Of a stretch of DNA of 64,000 bases, positions 1 to 14,098 are shown piece after piece. Both the position numbers and the translations under genes were made by a program. The notes below the pieces were generated by a model. The model had not been told where the DNA came from. It was given only the letters and a program-made list of their open reading frames with translations, and searched no databases. The stretch's first letter is position 1. Each line of letters begins with the position of its first letter. The stretch comes from Lama glama (taxonomy: Eukaryota): assembly GCA_028534125.1 (NCBI GenBank), contig CM052816.1, positions 71,550,001 to 71,614,000 on the forward strand, read 5' to 3'.

Positions 1-1689
1 AATTTAAGGATTTCTTGCATGAAGAGTTGAATCAACTGTATTGATAACCTAATGCACAGAAACACACGGAAGAGAAATAGTCTAAAATATAAATCTTGCA
101 TATGTTGACTCATACTGTGAGTATCATTGATTTTGATATCAAAAGAATTTTAAAACATCAGGTGTGACATATTTCGATTAAGTTTAACCTTTAGAGAAAC
201 AGTGTGACAAAACCTGTCATAATTACTTTATTTTATCATTGTCTCCAAGTCTGCCTTTCTTTAGAGTTAACCTTCCCACATATAATTGTCTACATAAAAG
301 CTTCTCATAAAATATTTCTTTATATAACTGGAAGCCTACCATCATTCTTTTGCCTTAAGAACACTTGCCCTGCATTTCTTTGCCTGAGGTCTATTTTTTC
401 CCTAGGAACCAGGTGCTACCTTCAAATCTTTATTACACTTCTGTATCACTGAAACCACGCACTGAACTGTGCCCATCTACATTCAGGTTCTGGAATGTCT
501 CTAAATTAAGGACAAGTATGAGCTCTGGTTTTGCCAGGTCTCAAGATTTGAGGGGAGAAATGGTTATGTCAGGGTTAAAAATAAACAAAAAAAAAGAGTA
601 AAACTTAGCCTGGAATTTTATTTCAGCTGAAAAGTTATTCTTGATGTTTTCCAACTAGTCTGTCCATTGAAAACACGTACTTTTTTTTTTCTAATTTTCT
701 TGAGCAATAATGTCCTTTCTTTCTGAAGATGATGACCTGATACTTCTGCTCCATGATATTCCTGGAACTTTCTTGTTCCTCCTGGAAACCCGTGTCATTC
801 ATTCTGTCTCTCATAGGCTGGATGCATCTTAATTGTTAAAAGGTCTTCAAAAATTGATTTATGTTTTCATTATGGAAATATTTCTTGTGGTTTGAGTGGA
901 AAATATAATAACTGTGATGTGAAGGAAAGGGACAAGGGAGTCTAAGAAAAGGAATAAAAATTAGTTTAATGTAACATCTTTCTTCTCTACGGTCATTTAT
1001 TTTATAATGTATCTTATTTGCATCTATTTCCAGGAAAACAAGGTTATCATCCTCCGTGGCTTTTAGTTGTTTCTAATTGCTATGGCCACCTGAGGTAGGG
1101 GTGAGGGGTGCAGTTCCCGGTGAAGGGAGGAGCAATGAATTGAAAATTGTTTTTTAAATGACATTTAGTTCCTGTCTAGCTTTAGTTCCTGAAATCCAAA
1201 TTCTTATTGTCTAAATCTTTTGTTAATATCTGAGGTAGGAATGAAAACTTCTTTTGGAATCCAAAAGTACAATTTCTTATGTAAATCTATTTTTAGCAAT
1301 ACTCAGAAGTGTTTAAGACTTTCTGTGTGATATTAAACCCCATGATCATAAACAGACTTCTGGCAACTCACCCATATATGACTGCTACTGCTTGAGGTTT
1401 TGACTGAACTGAAAGTAATAACTGAAGGCTTTGACATCTTATTGATAGAGACTAAGACCAAAAGTCTAGCCCAAATCCCAAGGGGGCAAAAGGCTAAAAA
1501 ATGGCTATTTTCCTCCATTGCTTTCCAGTTGAAGATGAGGGAGATTTTTAGATCGTCTGACTCAACAGAACGGTGATTTTTCTACTCTACCACAAAGTTT
1601 TTGCATTTTAGACATTTAAATATTTACCAAGATAATTAAAGTAGCTTTTCAACTAGGTTGCCTTCTCCTGATCGCCCCCTTTTATACTT

Positions 1690-2090
1690 CATTTTACAGA
1701 TGACTTCTGGATTAATAGTCCTAAACATTAAATTGATCATGACACTCTCTTTAATAATATAATAATATAATCTTTCAATAATACACTAGCGTCAAGAGAA
1801 ACATACTTCATTCCTAGTAGAACACTCTGTCTCAGAGACTTGTTCACATCTGCTTCCTCTGTGATGCCTTCCTTGGCCTGACCAGCTCACAGAGACATGT
1901 CCTCAGGATTTAACCTAATCCCAAACAAATTTTAATTCAGTAATGGATAAAAAAACATTTTTAGAAACTATGATAATACTTTGTATGTTATTGTGATTAT
2001 CTCCCTAATGCCATAATGTACCATGGCATCATGTAACACACTTGCTGCAGAAAAGTATGCATAGTAAGCAGTCATTTAAATATATGATAC
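1690..2090 (+). mobile_element. Degraded L2 fragments
   Basis: L2-like motifs 'cctaaacattaaattgatcatgacactct', 'cttcctctgtgatgccttcctt' and tail 'atagtaagcagtcatttaaatat'. Confidence 0.45.
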
Positions 2091-2689
2091 ATTAATTAGC
2101 ATACATGATCTGTGACACTGTAGTATATGGTCATGATAACATGAAGAGGAGGATGACAAAGGAAAGAACATGAATTAAATGAGAAGTATAGAACAACCAT
2201 AACTGGAAAGTTGTTCTTGGACAACACCCACGTGCCTTTTACTGGTACTTCCTCCCATTTTTCTCAGTCACTCAGTGGCCTTATTCTATTTTAGCAGCCC
2301 CACAGGTTAGCTTTGCAAAGACTCAACTAGACCGTTGATAAGAAAAGCATGGCTTCTGTTCTCATTGTTTATAATCCTTATTAAAATCTACCCAATCTTG
2401 TTCTAGTTCTTGGCCATAAGAGTTAATTGCTGCGTGTTCTTCCTGACTTACGTTATAAGATTTAATTTTAAAAGTTCTGGAAGAGCTCACCTAACCCATC
2501 TGCCCTGAATTTGAGGTGTCATTATTGAAATGCTGTTCCAGAGAAGGGCTTGTTTGTGCCCTTCAGGTCTTTCGTTTACCTTCTGAAGCTATTCTCATTG
2601 ATTTCACCCACAAACATTAGCGAAAGTAAAACAAAGTTAGAAAACAGATGGAAAAGTTGTCGAAGAATTACCTTCCAATAAGACTTTTG

Positions 2690-5205
2690 ACAAGATAGCT
2701 TCACAGAGGAATTCTTTCCAAATTTCAGTAATTGTATATATTTTATGCTATAATAAAAATTATTCTAGAGCACACCCACACTTAAAAGCCTTCAGATTAA
2801 TTTAATGGTAGTCATAAATCCAAACTATGACACAGATGAACAAATAAAGAATACTACAAACACTTTAACTTATTGCCTATATATACAGAAATTCCTAAAG
2901 TAAACATAGGAGTGAATTTTTTAAATAATTCAAAATAACTAAATAGAACTTGTAACAGGAATGGAGGAAAATGTATTCATGTAACAAATCAATTAGTTAA
3001 AGGAGAAAAACTCAATGAAGATTAAAAGGAAAAAAATTAATATACCATAAATTTCATCCCAAGAACAAAACAAAACAAAGGAATTCTTAGTAATTGTTGG
3101 AAGAATAGCTGTTACCTTGCCATGATCAAGAATATTTAGCCTAAGCTAATAACTGACTTCATGTTAATGATTAGACATTAAAGATTTAAAAAATAAATTT
3201 AAGAACAAGACTAGGTATTACACATGTGGTATTTTAGTCAAACATTATATATAAAATACAAAGAAGGAATATAGCTACTGGAAAGAAGAAACAAATATAA
3301 TCATTTGCTGATGTAAAACTATCTATCTAGAAAAATACTACAAATTGAACTGAAAAACTGTTAGAACTAGTGAGATGGGTTAGCAAATTAACAAGATACA
3401 ACATAAATATAATGAGAAAGTTGTTCCTTTGTAGTAACAATAAGTAGTTAAATTTATTAAAATGTTCTATTCATCAGAGCAATAAACAAGGAAGATAAAA
3501 GATAAAACTTCAATAAGAAATATATAAAACCAAAAAAAAAGGTTAAAAGGATTACTAAGAAATGTAAATGGAAGTTTTCAATAAAAGAGAGACTTTCCAA
3601 GTTTCTGGATGAGAATAAAGAACAGAAAAATGTCAAGGCTTTCAGAAGTAATTTACAATTTTAATTCAAATTTCAGCATTTCATATACATAGAACTTATT
3701 AGTGATTTTAAAATATATGTGGTAAAACAAGGCTATGAAAAGGCCACAAAAATCTTTTAAAAAGCAAGACTGAGGAAGGGAATATATGCCATATCAGAAA
3801 TTAAAATTACTATAAATACACAACAATCAACTATCCTTTTATAAATGTCAGTAGTCAGATAGCAGAAGAAAAAAGTTACCCAGAGTAGATCTTATTTCTT
3901 ACGACAATTTAGAAATATCCTTAGACTTGAGTGGAGAAAGAAAGACGCTGGAAATTTGAGTAAGCCTTTCATTAAAAAATTAGATGTTAGTAGAATATAA
4001 ACTCTACAAGGTAAGATTTTTGTCTATTTTAGTCACAGCTCTATCCTTGGCATGTAAAGTAATTCCTGGAATTAAAGAGCTGCCACTTGAGTAAACAGAT
4101 AAAAGAGATACCTACCCTCACTCAAGGCAATTTATGAAAATAAACTTCAAATATGTTAAATACTCAATATTTATAATGTAGCAAACTATAGCATTATAAC
4201 TAGAAAAATGTAAATCAGTAGTCTGCTTATTATTTTAATTTCTGATACAATGTATATTCCCTTTCTCAGTCTTCCTTTCTCTAAACACTTTTCTGGCCAG
4301 TCCATAGCTATAATTTTAAAATATTTATTGTGTTTTACATCAGGAGAAGAATTTCTAAATATAAAGCAATGGGAGAAATTAAAAAGCAAAAAAATGTGTC
4401 TGAATGTTCTGTGTTCTAAAGTTTGTTCATCAAAAAAACACCACTTTTGACAAAATTACAAACTCAGTTTTAATATTGCTATAAATATGGCAAAGTTTTA
4501 ATACCCTAAAAATATAAAGAGGCCTTTTAAGTCCATTAAAATAACTAACAATTCTGTCAAAAAATCAGCAAAGACACAAAAATTTGAAAATTTCACAGAG
4601 ATAACTATTAAATACATGGGAAAATATTAAACTAATAATGTTTTAATAACATCTTAAAGACTAATAGCTAACACTTAATTTGGGTGAAAGTGAAATGGAA
4701 TGGATAGTGTTAAACACTTTAGAGATGTACTAAATGTGGTAAATTTTCTGGACAACAGTTTGGAAATATGGATCAGGACACTTGAAATAGTCACTCTGTT
4801 TGATCCGATAACCCACTTCTTTTCCCAAGAATGTTGCTAAAGATTTAATCAAGAATTTATGTTTAAAAATATTCATCTTTATGTAGAGGTATTTATAATG
4901 AAAAGAATCCGCCTGAATGCTCTTGAATAGGGGAATGAACAAAATTCATCCAAGTATGAAAATATTATGGAGCCATTAGATATTATGTTTAAACAAATAT
5001 TTAATTCCATGAGATGATGTTAATAACAATGCTGTATTTGCAGCATGATCTCAGTCTTATTAAATAGCATAACATTTATGTTTATATAAATATATTCTTT
5101 AAAATAATGGGAAAGAACACACTATAACATTAACAGAGCTTCTTTCTAGGTGTTGAAATTGCAATTATTCTCAAATTTTTTACATTTTTCTGTATTTTTC
5201 CATTT
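2690..5205 (+). mobile_element. Ancient, heavily decayed L1 (L1M/L1ME-like): ORF2 RT region through 3' UTR
   Basis: A-rich sense strand; decayed FADD-motif region 'tcatttgctgatgtaaaactatctatctagaaaaa...aaaaactgttagaactag' at ~3301-3370; 'aaattttctggacaacagtttggaaatatg' at ~4741; L1ME-like 3' end at ~5140-5205; many stops. Confidence 0.8.
3990..4100 (+). mobile_element. L2 3' fragment lying within the old L1 interval
   Basis: 'agaatataaactctacaaggtaagatttttgtctattttagtcacagctctatccttggcatg' resembles the L2 3' end. Confidence 0.55.
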
Positions 5206-7735
5206 CCTTATTATCGTTTATCAATATTATTGTTTCTGTAAAGCTATAAACAAGAGATAAATTAAAACCCACAGTGCCATTATTTTAAGTGAATCCTCTG
5301 AACATGTTTACTTAAGCTATTTATTGAAGCTTATTATGCCTGGCCTTAATCAGATCCATTTATGGAAACAGGAATTCCACAAGAAAGCATTGTGTATTAT
5401 AAATTAAGAATATGCAAAAATTTAACTGTTATATATCAAATTTAAATATATTCAAAAAATGCAATCAGGATTTGATCTTTCTCAGCAAAGAAACTTCCCT
5501 TTACCAAATTCACTAATATAATTAAATTTATTTTTTAATGAACATTAATATATTTTCTCTCTTATCATTTCAGTCTAAATCAAGAATTTAATAAAATTTT
5601 AGTAATAATTCATATACCTTTTACAGTCACAAATACTTAGGTTTGGCTGAAACTTATTACTATGGTTCATCTCATTTGGTGAAACCTTACTCATCCGCCT
5701 GAATATCTATACTTTGGAACTCATTTTCCCTGGGCAGCTCATTCTATTTCTTTTTCTTCTTCCCTGGTGACAGTAATGGCTCTCGAATATTCTTTATAGA
5801 AGGAACTGCAGGATGTTCCTTGAAGGTTTGTTTGTTTGTTTATTTGTTTTAGATTACATGTTTATTTGATTGACTAATAGATAGTACAAAGAAATCTCCA
5901 TCACTCCCTGCCTCCTTGGCTTGAGGAGAAAGAGAGCAAAATTCTAATACATTTAATTCATTTGTTCTGTTTTCTCAAGCTAGGGGAAACAAGACCTATA
6001 CTGGATAGCAGTTACAAATGTTAATTCTTTTCACTTTAGTTCCATGGCGCAGAATAAGCTGGTAAAAGGTTTATATGGGCTAGTAAATACTCCTTATACT
6101 GTTCCTGTGTTAATCACCAAGTTCTTTGTCAAGTATGTTTTCTAGTGGTTCTGGATAGTACCTCATATAAAGCGAGCATTTCTTAATGACAGTGATATTT
6201 TAATACACATGAAATTTGAAATGCCCATGGAGACAGACACCACTTTTGTATGCCATTACCCTCATCATTTCCTAAATAGCACAGAAAAATAAAATGACAT
6301 AGATTCTTTTCAAAGAAACTAAATTATTTACCTTGTACTCTCCCCTTCCCTGAGTTGTAAAATCAAAACCAATACAATATGTGCTGTGTGAACCACAAGG
6401 GTGTAATCCCATGTCATAAGAATTGTAAAATGTTCACTGTTTGAACTGGCTTTCAGTATTAAGGCTGTATTCATTAAAAAAAAAAGTACACTCTTTATGT
6501 TGATATTTTGCAGACTTATTCATAAAAAGTATAACTGTATCCAAAATGAATTACTGTTGCCGGCTGTTTTTCTATTCAACCGTCTTTTTTTAATCATCTT
6601 TTCATTGCTCGTTGAAGGACTTTGCCTATAAAATTTTAAGAAGTTACATTTAAAATTGGTACATACACTAGAACTAGCCTTTTAAATAGGATTTAATGTG
6701 ACTATTGATTGTGTAACATGTAGTAATAAAAAATATAGTTCTTACTGCAGCACAAATATATTTATATCATTTCATATCCTAAGTAAGTTTTGTGTAAAAT
6801 TCCACTTACATGAACCATAGGAGTCAATCCTTTTTTAGAGAATTTAAGAATTACAATGGAGTTAAAATATTATTCCAGATTTTAATCAATATTTTAAACA
6901 TCTATTTAATGTATTTTTATGTTACTGAGAAATCCATTTTTTTCTTGAAAGATATACATATACCAATAAGTAAGTAAATATTCAGAATTATAGTATTATG
7001 TTTTGAGCCAAGAATATAGAATTAATAATTGAGTTCACTATTAATTAGCCCAGATGTCAAGTGAATGAACAAGGAAAAGTAGATGACATTATGAAATGTT
7101 AATAAATTTAAAACATGGCAATCTAGATACATTTTACCAAACTGGGTTTTTTAATGAAATTTTCATCCATCTCTGTATTGTTTTGTTTTTAAGGCATGCA
7201 TCTAAGTATGTTTTTAAAAAACACTTTACTATGTGCAATTAGTGTGCTTAATTTACAACCCAGTCCCAAAAGCCAGATGTTTCTGTGTTTAATCTACAAT
7301 TTTAACCTTTATCCACATTCACATACATGAATTTAATTGACAGCACTGATCAGTATATTTCTTTTCCACCAAATCATTTCAATGCCAAATTCTACCACCT
7401 TGATGTATATAACTAATGATAGGTTTGACTTTTTAGGCTACTTACTTCCTTTTTAAATTTTCTCTGAGCTTTTGTTAACTCATGATATACTACTTATAGT
7501 TTCCTTATAGAGATTCTTTCTACTTCAGAACTGCCACCCTTCACCCCTGGGGCACTTAGATCCACAACTCTTTTTATTTTGATCTTTAAAAAATTAAATC
7601 AAAACAGTACTAGAAATTCAACAACTTTTGATGGAATCCAATTTTTCCCTGGAAAACACACACACTAAGTTCAAAAACTGAGGAGTCCATCTAGTAGATG
7701 GAAAGACTTGATGGTACAAATAAATAAATTAGAGC

Positions 7736-7860
7736 AGAAGTTGCAAACTAAAATTCCTAGAGAGAATAAGCAAGTAACAAAAATGAACAAAAAAGGCTCT
7801 GTGAGGGACATTAGGGAGTGGTAGGGACTGTGGCTAATTGGAGAGTATAAGTTCTATCCA
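7736..7860. mobile_element. Probable hAT-Charlie-type MITE fragment
   Basis: Starts 'cagaagttgcaaact' (Charlie-like terminus) and contains 'gggactgtggctaattggagagt'; subfamily uncertain. Confidence 0.4.
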
Positions 7861-8499
7861 GAGAGCTGCTTCTACTGGATCACAACCAATTAACTTTAGC
7901 CATATCAATTCTAAACCACTATACCTGTGGTTCTTAAAAGCTTCAAATAAATTAAAAGAAAGAAAAAAAGACTGTACAGGCAAAATTACATCTGGACACA
8001 TCTGACTCAGAAACATTTCATATTTTAAAGAAATTCATAAGCCAGCCAATGATCTTCTGAGTCTAGGGATGCTACTTGTAAAATTCAAATCAGTTAATAT
8101 TCCCAGATAGCATGGTAGGCACTAACTAACGACTTTAATAAGGTAAGAAAAAGATTCTTGGAACCAGTAATTAAATTTGACAACTCAAATGTAAACAGAG
8201 CACTATGATGGCTTTTTCTAATGAAATCACTTGAGGTTGTATGGGTTCTTATAGGACATCTAGTTACTCCCACCCAATTCAAAATCCCCTTTTCCACATC
8301 CCTAAGGGAAGAACACCTTTCCTTAGCTTAGATATCTCCAGGAACAGAAAGCTGAGCCTCCTAGCAGCCCATGCCACTGCCAGGAGGGCAATAATTTTCC
8401 ATACCCTGCTTTGGGATCCATCTCCCACTGGTCCCCAAATTCCACCAGACCCACGCAGAATAATAATAATTCCTTAAGGACCACTTAATTGCAGGACAT

Positions 8500-8690
8500 C
8501 ATAGTTAGCCCTGTACACATCATCACATTTAATCTTTGAAATTAATTAATTAATTTAACCCGACTTAGATATTACTATTCCCATTTTCAAGGTAAGAAAT
8601 TGAAACAGAGAAGTCAAGAAATCAATGCAGGGAGAAACAGCTAAATTAAAACACAATTCCCTTTCACTCCTGAATCCTTAAAAGTGTGAA
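8500..8690 (-). mobile_element. MIR SINE
   Basis: MIR core 'tattactattcccattttcaaggtaagaaattgaaacagagaagtcaag'. Confidence 0.7.
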
Positions 8691-8987
8691 GTCCAAACCA
8701 CTGCACATTTGATTCTGACTCTCTACCCAATCATAGGGCATGTTACTGATTTCCAACCAAAATAAAATTTGTGCCAAGAAATTTGAACTGCAAAATTGAG
8801 TTTTGCTACAGTTGTGCATACATTGTGTATACACTTGAGGTTTGCTAGTTGGAAAATTGAATTCAACAAAGTCATAAAGTACAGTAAAGAATGTGGTAAA
8901 ATTTCCTGATATTGAAAGTATAATACAGCATTACATCAAGTTCGCAATAAAGAGCTGTGTGCTTAGCAAAACTAGAGAAAATGTTTT

Positions 8988-9091
8988 GCGGGTGAGGATA
9001 GCTCAGTGGTAAAGTGCATGGTGAGCATATATGAGGTCCTGGGTTCAAGCCCCAGTACCTCCATTTAAAAAGAAAAAAGGAAGGAAGAAAG
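8988..9091 (+). mobile_element. tRNA-Ala-derived SINE (camelid vic-1 type), short copy
   Basis: A box TAGCTCAGTGG, B box GGTTCAAGCC, A-rich tail; imperfect TSD agagaaaatgtttt (8974-8987) / agagtaaatggttc (9092-9105). Confidence 0.88.
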
Positions 9092-9179
9092 AGAGTAAAT
9101 GGTTCTTCTTAATTATAAAGGAGATTAAAGTCAGGGCCACTTGCTGACTCTACAACTTAAGCAAAATTACTTATTTTGA

Positions 9180-11640
9180 CTTCTGGTTTCCAATTCTGCA
9201 TGTAAAGAGCTTCAAGGTCACCACCCCTGACCTTAACAAAAGAATAAGTTGAACAAACTCAAAATTCTTCTTAGATTCACCAGAGAATTGAAGTCACAAG
9301 GCAAACCTCTGCCTTCAAAATTGGTGAGACAGACAGAGGGGTAGGGAGAATCACAGTTTACTGGAGAAGCAGCCCAGGAATAGAAACATCTGGTGGAGCC
9401 AGTTCAGAGGTAGAAAACTTAAACTGTAATTGACAAAGTACAGAAATAGAGGGACTTCCTTGTTAGTAGACCTGCTTTACAAGAAACATTAAAGTTCTTC
9501 AGGGAGAGGAGTATGATATCAATCAGGAATTTGGATCTACACAAAGAAGGGTGTCCGAAACGGAATAAATAACTATATTATAACATTCACTTATGTTCTT
9601 CTGTTTAACTGCTCTAAAATGTAACTGACTGCCTAAGGCAGTAAGAACACTGTATTATGTGTTTATAGCACATGTGAAAGGAAAGTTGTGATAAAAATAT
9701 CATGAAGTTTGGGAGGCAAGAATTAGGAATATAATGCTGTAAAGTACATACATTACACTTAAGGCAGAAAAGTTTTGTTACATTGTAGACTCAGATTAAA
9801 TAAAAATGTATTTTATAACCTTAGAAAGTAATAATATTTTTAGGAAAAGATCTATGAATATAAGTCAATGAAAGAGCTAAAATGGAATAATAAAATATGC
9901 TCAATTAATGCAAAAGAAAGCAGAAAATAAAGTGGGACAACTAAAAAACAGCAATCAAGATGGTAGTTTGATTCATTCATATCAACAACAACTTTAAATG
10001 TGAATGGGTCAAACATACCAGTTAAAAGATAAAGATTATCAGGCTATAAAAAAAAATCAATATCCAACCACATGCTGTAATCAAGAAATCCGATTTCATA
10101 CAATGGTTTAAAGTAAGAATGGCAGAAAGTATATCATGCAAACACTAAAAACAAGAAATCTGCATTAGCTACATTAATGTCAGACAATGTAGATTTCAGA
10201 ACAGGGAATATTGTTTGAGATTAAAAAGAGACATCATATGTTGATACATACATAAAACTCTGAAATGTAAATTTGTCTAAAACAAAACTTCAAAATGCAT
10301 GAGGCAATAACTGATAGAACTGAAAAGAGAAATAGAAAAATAGATATTTAAGGTAATAAACCAATAGACTCATAGGAGCAAGAAATTCCAATTCTATACA
10401 ATCTCTTCCAAAAATAGAAGAGAAGGGAATACTTCCCAGCTGATTTTATGAGGTCAGCATTATCTTTACAACAAAATCACACAAAGCCATTACAAGAAAG
10501 CAAACTTCAGAATAATATCCTCCACGAACATACACACAAAAATCTGCAACAAATATAATGCCATCAAATTCAGTAATATATTAAAAGAAAAATATGCTGT
10601 AACCAATTGGGGGGTTTCTCAGATCTGTAAGGTTGATTAATATCAAAAATATCAATGAATTTAATTCATTCTAAAGAAACTAAAGAAAAAGATATGATCT
10701 CAAAAGGTGCAGAAAATGCATTTGAAAAGTTTAACATATATATATGTGATAAACACTCTCAGCAAATTTATAATTGAAAGGAACTTCCTTCAACTATCAG
10801 AGGGCATCTCCAAAAAACCTACAATGAACAACATACTTAATGATAGGAGACTGGATGCTTTCCTCCTAAGGTCAGGAACAAGGCAAGGCTGAGCTCTCTC
10901 AGCATTCCTGTTCAACATCATACTTGAATTTCTAACCAGTTCTATAAAGCAAGGAAGGGGAGGAAATAGATCATACTGATTAGAAAGACAGATGATATAA
11001 CTGCCTATGTAGAAAATCACAAAGAATCTACTGAAAATCTCTTAGAATTAATGTGTCTTTAATAAGGTTGCAGAATAAAAAGTCAATAGGCGTACAAAAA
11101 TCAATTTTCCTCCTACAATGACAGCAATGAACATTTCATGTTTCGAATTTAAGAAAATATTCACATTGTCCCTCCAAAAATAAAACACATAGGTATAAAT
11201 CTGACAAAATATGTGAAGAACATTTACAATGAAACTTGATGGTATTTAGAAGACCTAAATATGGAGAAATGGACTTTTTTAACAAATTGGAAGAAACAAT
11301 GTTATTAACATATCAATTTGCCTCAACTTGATCTGTAGAGCCAGTGCAATCACACACATACAAAAATTCCAGCAGGTATTTTTGCAGATAGAGAATAGCC
11401 AATTCTAAATTTTACATGAAAGTGCAAAAGAAACAAAGAACCAAAACAATTCTGAAAATGATGAATTAAATTGAAGAATTCACACTACAAAAGTTCAAGA
11501 TGAAATATGAAATAATCAAGATATTGATTATATTAATAATCAAGACAGTTTAGTATTGGCAAATGGACAGATGCCTATGTCAAATGGAATCTTATAGGGA
11601 ATTTGGAAATTGACAGATATGAACATAGTCAACTAATGTT
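9180..11640 (+). mobile_element. Old L1 (L1MC/L1MD-like) with internal deletions: 5' region, ORF1 end, endonuclease start and RT remnants
   Basis: APE start 'atatcaacaacaactttaaatgtgaatggg' at ~9980; ORF 10707-10892 reads L1-like 'KKPTMNNILNDRRLDAFLLRSGTRQG'; 'ttttatgaggtcagcatta' at ~10444. Confidence 0.9.
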
Positions 11641-11642
11641 TC

Positions 11643-11910
11643 TTATTAAGACTTTAGTTTCTTAGAGCAGTGAAGGGCTCCCAGCAGAACTGAGAGGATT
11701 CTGAGAGGGTATTGAGATTACCTGTACATCCACTGCCCCACACACATATAGCATTCGTAATTGTCAGCATCCCCCACCAGTGTGATGTTTGTTACAACTG
11801 ATGAAACTACATGGACACAGCAACATTACCCAAAGTCTTTAGTGTACATTATGATTCCCTCTTGGTGTTGAATATTGTATGGGTTTGGACAAATGTATAA
11901 TGACATGTGC
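11643..11910 (-). mobile_element. L1MC1-like 3' end, antisense
   Basis: 'catcccccaccagtgtgatgtttgttacaactgatgaaactacatggacac...gggtttggacaaatgtataatgacatgt'. Confidence 0.8.
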
Positions 11911-12045
11911 ATTGAGGAAATACAAATCAGATCTGTAGTTCAGTTTGTCGAATTGTGCCAATGATAATTTCTTAATTTTGATAAATGTTCCATGGTGTAT
12001 AAGATGCTAATATTAGGGGAAGTTGAACAAAGGATATATAAGATA
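11911..12045 (+). mobile_element. L1M 3' UTR fragment
   Basis: 'aattgtgccaatgataatttcttaattttgataaatgttccatggtgtataagatgctaatattaggggaag'. Confidence 0.7.
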
Positions 12046-13929
12046 AAGTTACATGGACTTACAAGTAAACAAATAAGGTCAGAATATTAAGTGCTTTCTT
12101 ATTGGCACAAAAATATATAAAATCAGATAAAGTTTTCCTTACAATTCTTCTTGAGGACAACAAAAACACCTTATTGATTCAAATACAATAAATGAAATTA
12201 AATTGGAAATACTAACAGAACTTAACATTTTTTGGAGCAATTTTACACTTTTCTTGCATATAATATGAGATTATGCAAATGAACAAGTTTATGGGTCCAC
12301 AAATATAATAGTCATTTTTTAAAATATGTGTTGGATTTTAATAAACCTGAAAAGCTCACCAAGAAACAATTAGTTTACTAATTACATAGATTATCAGAAA
12401 GAGCTTCTCTTTTACAAAATCATCCAAAATATGAATGCATTTAAAATAATTTCATCGTACACCTCAAATGAGATGATTTTCCTAAATTTTATTTTTCCAA
12501 TTCTAGTCGATGGAAAGGTAATTAATGACTGAAGTGAAGCTGTAGACACTCTTCCGATGTGAAAGAATCTTCAACAGGAAGAGAGGTTAAGAAGGTAAAC
12601 CACAGTGACAATGATGCATCAGTGAAAGGCATGTTCCTTTTCTTCAGCATGGTTTAAACTAGAAAACCTGTCATTTGAAAGAATGGATGTTCTTTGAGTC
12701 ATGGGTGGCAAAGTAAGTCACAAGCTTATCCTGACTTTTTAGCCTGGAGCTGAAGTCCTTGATTCTGCTTCTGACAATCCCCTGCAGCGTTCTGGTGTGC
12801 TCCGGTTATACATGCCGTGGGGATTATCAGCCAGCAATTACAAACTTTCTTCTGTGTAGGTTTCTGCTGTTTAAGTCAACTGACTTGTAGTTTTAACTTT
12901 TTCCTATTGCTATATTTCATCTCAAGGGAGATGGAATTCACAGGAGTCAAAATTAAAAACAAAATAAGACCGATTGTGAACTACATTTGAAATTTTTCTG
13001 GGTGGTTGCTGGACACCAGTATTAGGGAGACTGTGAGGATGAATAAACATTCAGACATACACACAGAGGTTCTTAGGTTGTGCTTTGCTTTCCCACGACT
13101 ACAGTGTCACAACTAATAGAGAAAAACCTAGTAGGACATTGGAAGACTTGTTGCAGGTTAAAAACTGGGCTTAAATATGTTTGAAACCCTGCCTGAGTAC
13201 GTGGAGACCCAGAGAAAAAGGGACATAAATTGACCCAGCGCACACAGAGCCAAATGAAGATGTCGCAGAATGAGAAGATGAAGTCGGGCTCTTAGCTCCA
13301 TGTTTATCTGCCTGCCAAGGTCAGCCTCGCTCCTGGGACTTACTCTCGTCTTCTCAGGAAGTGTTTGGGAGCATCACAGGAAAAATTCTTTGAGGTGGGA
13401 CCTTGGTCTTCTCAGGCCGTCTCCTCTCCCCCTCTTCTGTGGGTTTCCCGGGGCCCCTAGTGCTTAGACCAGGACCTACCAGTGGCTCTGCCCCATCTCT
13501 GAACAGCTTACTTAAAATTCTGCTCTGAAATTCAAACTTTTTCAGAACTCCATGGGGCCACACCTTCTGTGGCTTCTGGATGAGTCTCAGGCACTCCTTA
13601 CACGAGCAACCCTAGCATTTGTCCACAGCCCTGGTCTGAAGTCAAGCCTGTCTCCACAGCCAGGTGGTAAACTCCTCACTGTGTTCCCTCCCCTAGCTGT
13701 GCAAAGAAAAGCAAACAAATTTGGGTGACTGTCTCGGCACTGTCCACCTCAAACAGACAAACAGAAACAAAAAAGCAGATAGCGATGAGGGCCTGGAAAT
13801 TACGGAGACTACACAACTGCAATGTGTTCGTACCGTAGAAAGTAACCGAGCTTCTTCTATTTAAACAGTATGGAGAAGCTGTCTTTAAGGTATGACTTCT
13901 AAACTGACAGCTCAACAAAGAGCCTGCCT

Positions 13930-14098
13930 GGAGGGAGGGTATAGCTCAGTGGTAGAGTGCGTGCCTAGCATGCACAGGGACCTGGGTTCAATCCCCAGAC
14001 CCTCCACTAAACAAATAAATAAATAAACCTAATTATCTCTCCCCTCCAAAAAAAAAGACCAAAACCAAAAATAAATAAAAAATGAAAGTTAAAAAAAG
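13930..14098 (+). mobile_element. tRNA-Ala(AGC)-derived SINE (camelid vic-1 type), full length
   Basis: GGGTATAGCTCAGTGGTAGAGTGCGTGCCTAGCATGCAC...GGTTCAATCCCCAG; (AAAT)n and A-rich tail; 13-bp TSD aaagagcctgcct (13917-13929) / aaagatcctgctt (14099-14111). Confidence 0.93.

Noticed and set aside
4907..5705. Repeated 12-mer atccgcctgaat at 4907 and 5694
   Set aside because: Many exact 12-mer matches are expected by chance in 64 kb
10707..11020. ORFs with L1 ORF2 similarity
   Set aside because: Fragments of a dead L1 with stops and deletions; the antisense ORF is a common L1 artefact
13930..14006. Apparent tRNA-Ala(AGC) gene
   Set aside because: Has stem mismatches, an A-rich tail and TSDs, so it is a SINE head rather than a tRNA gene
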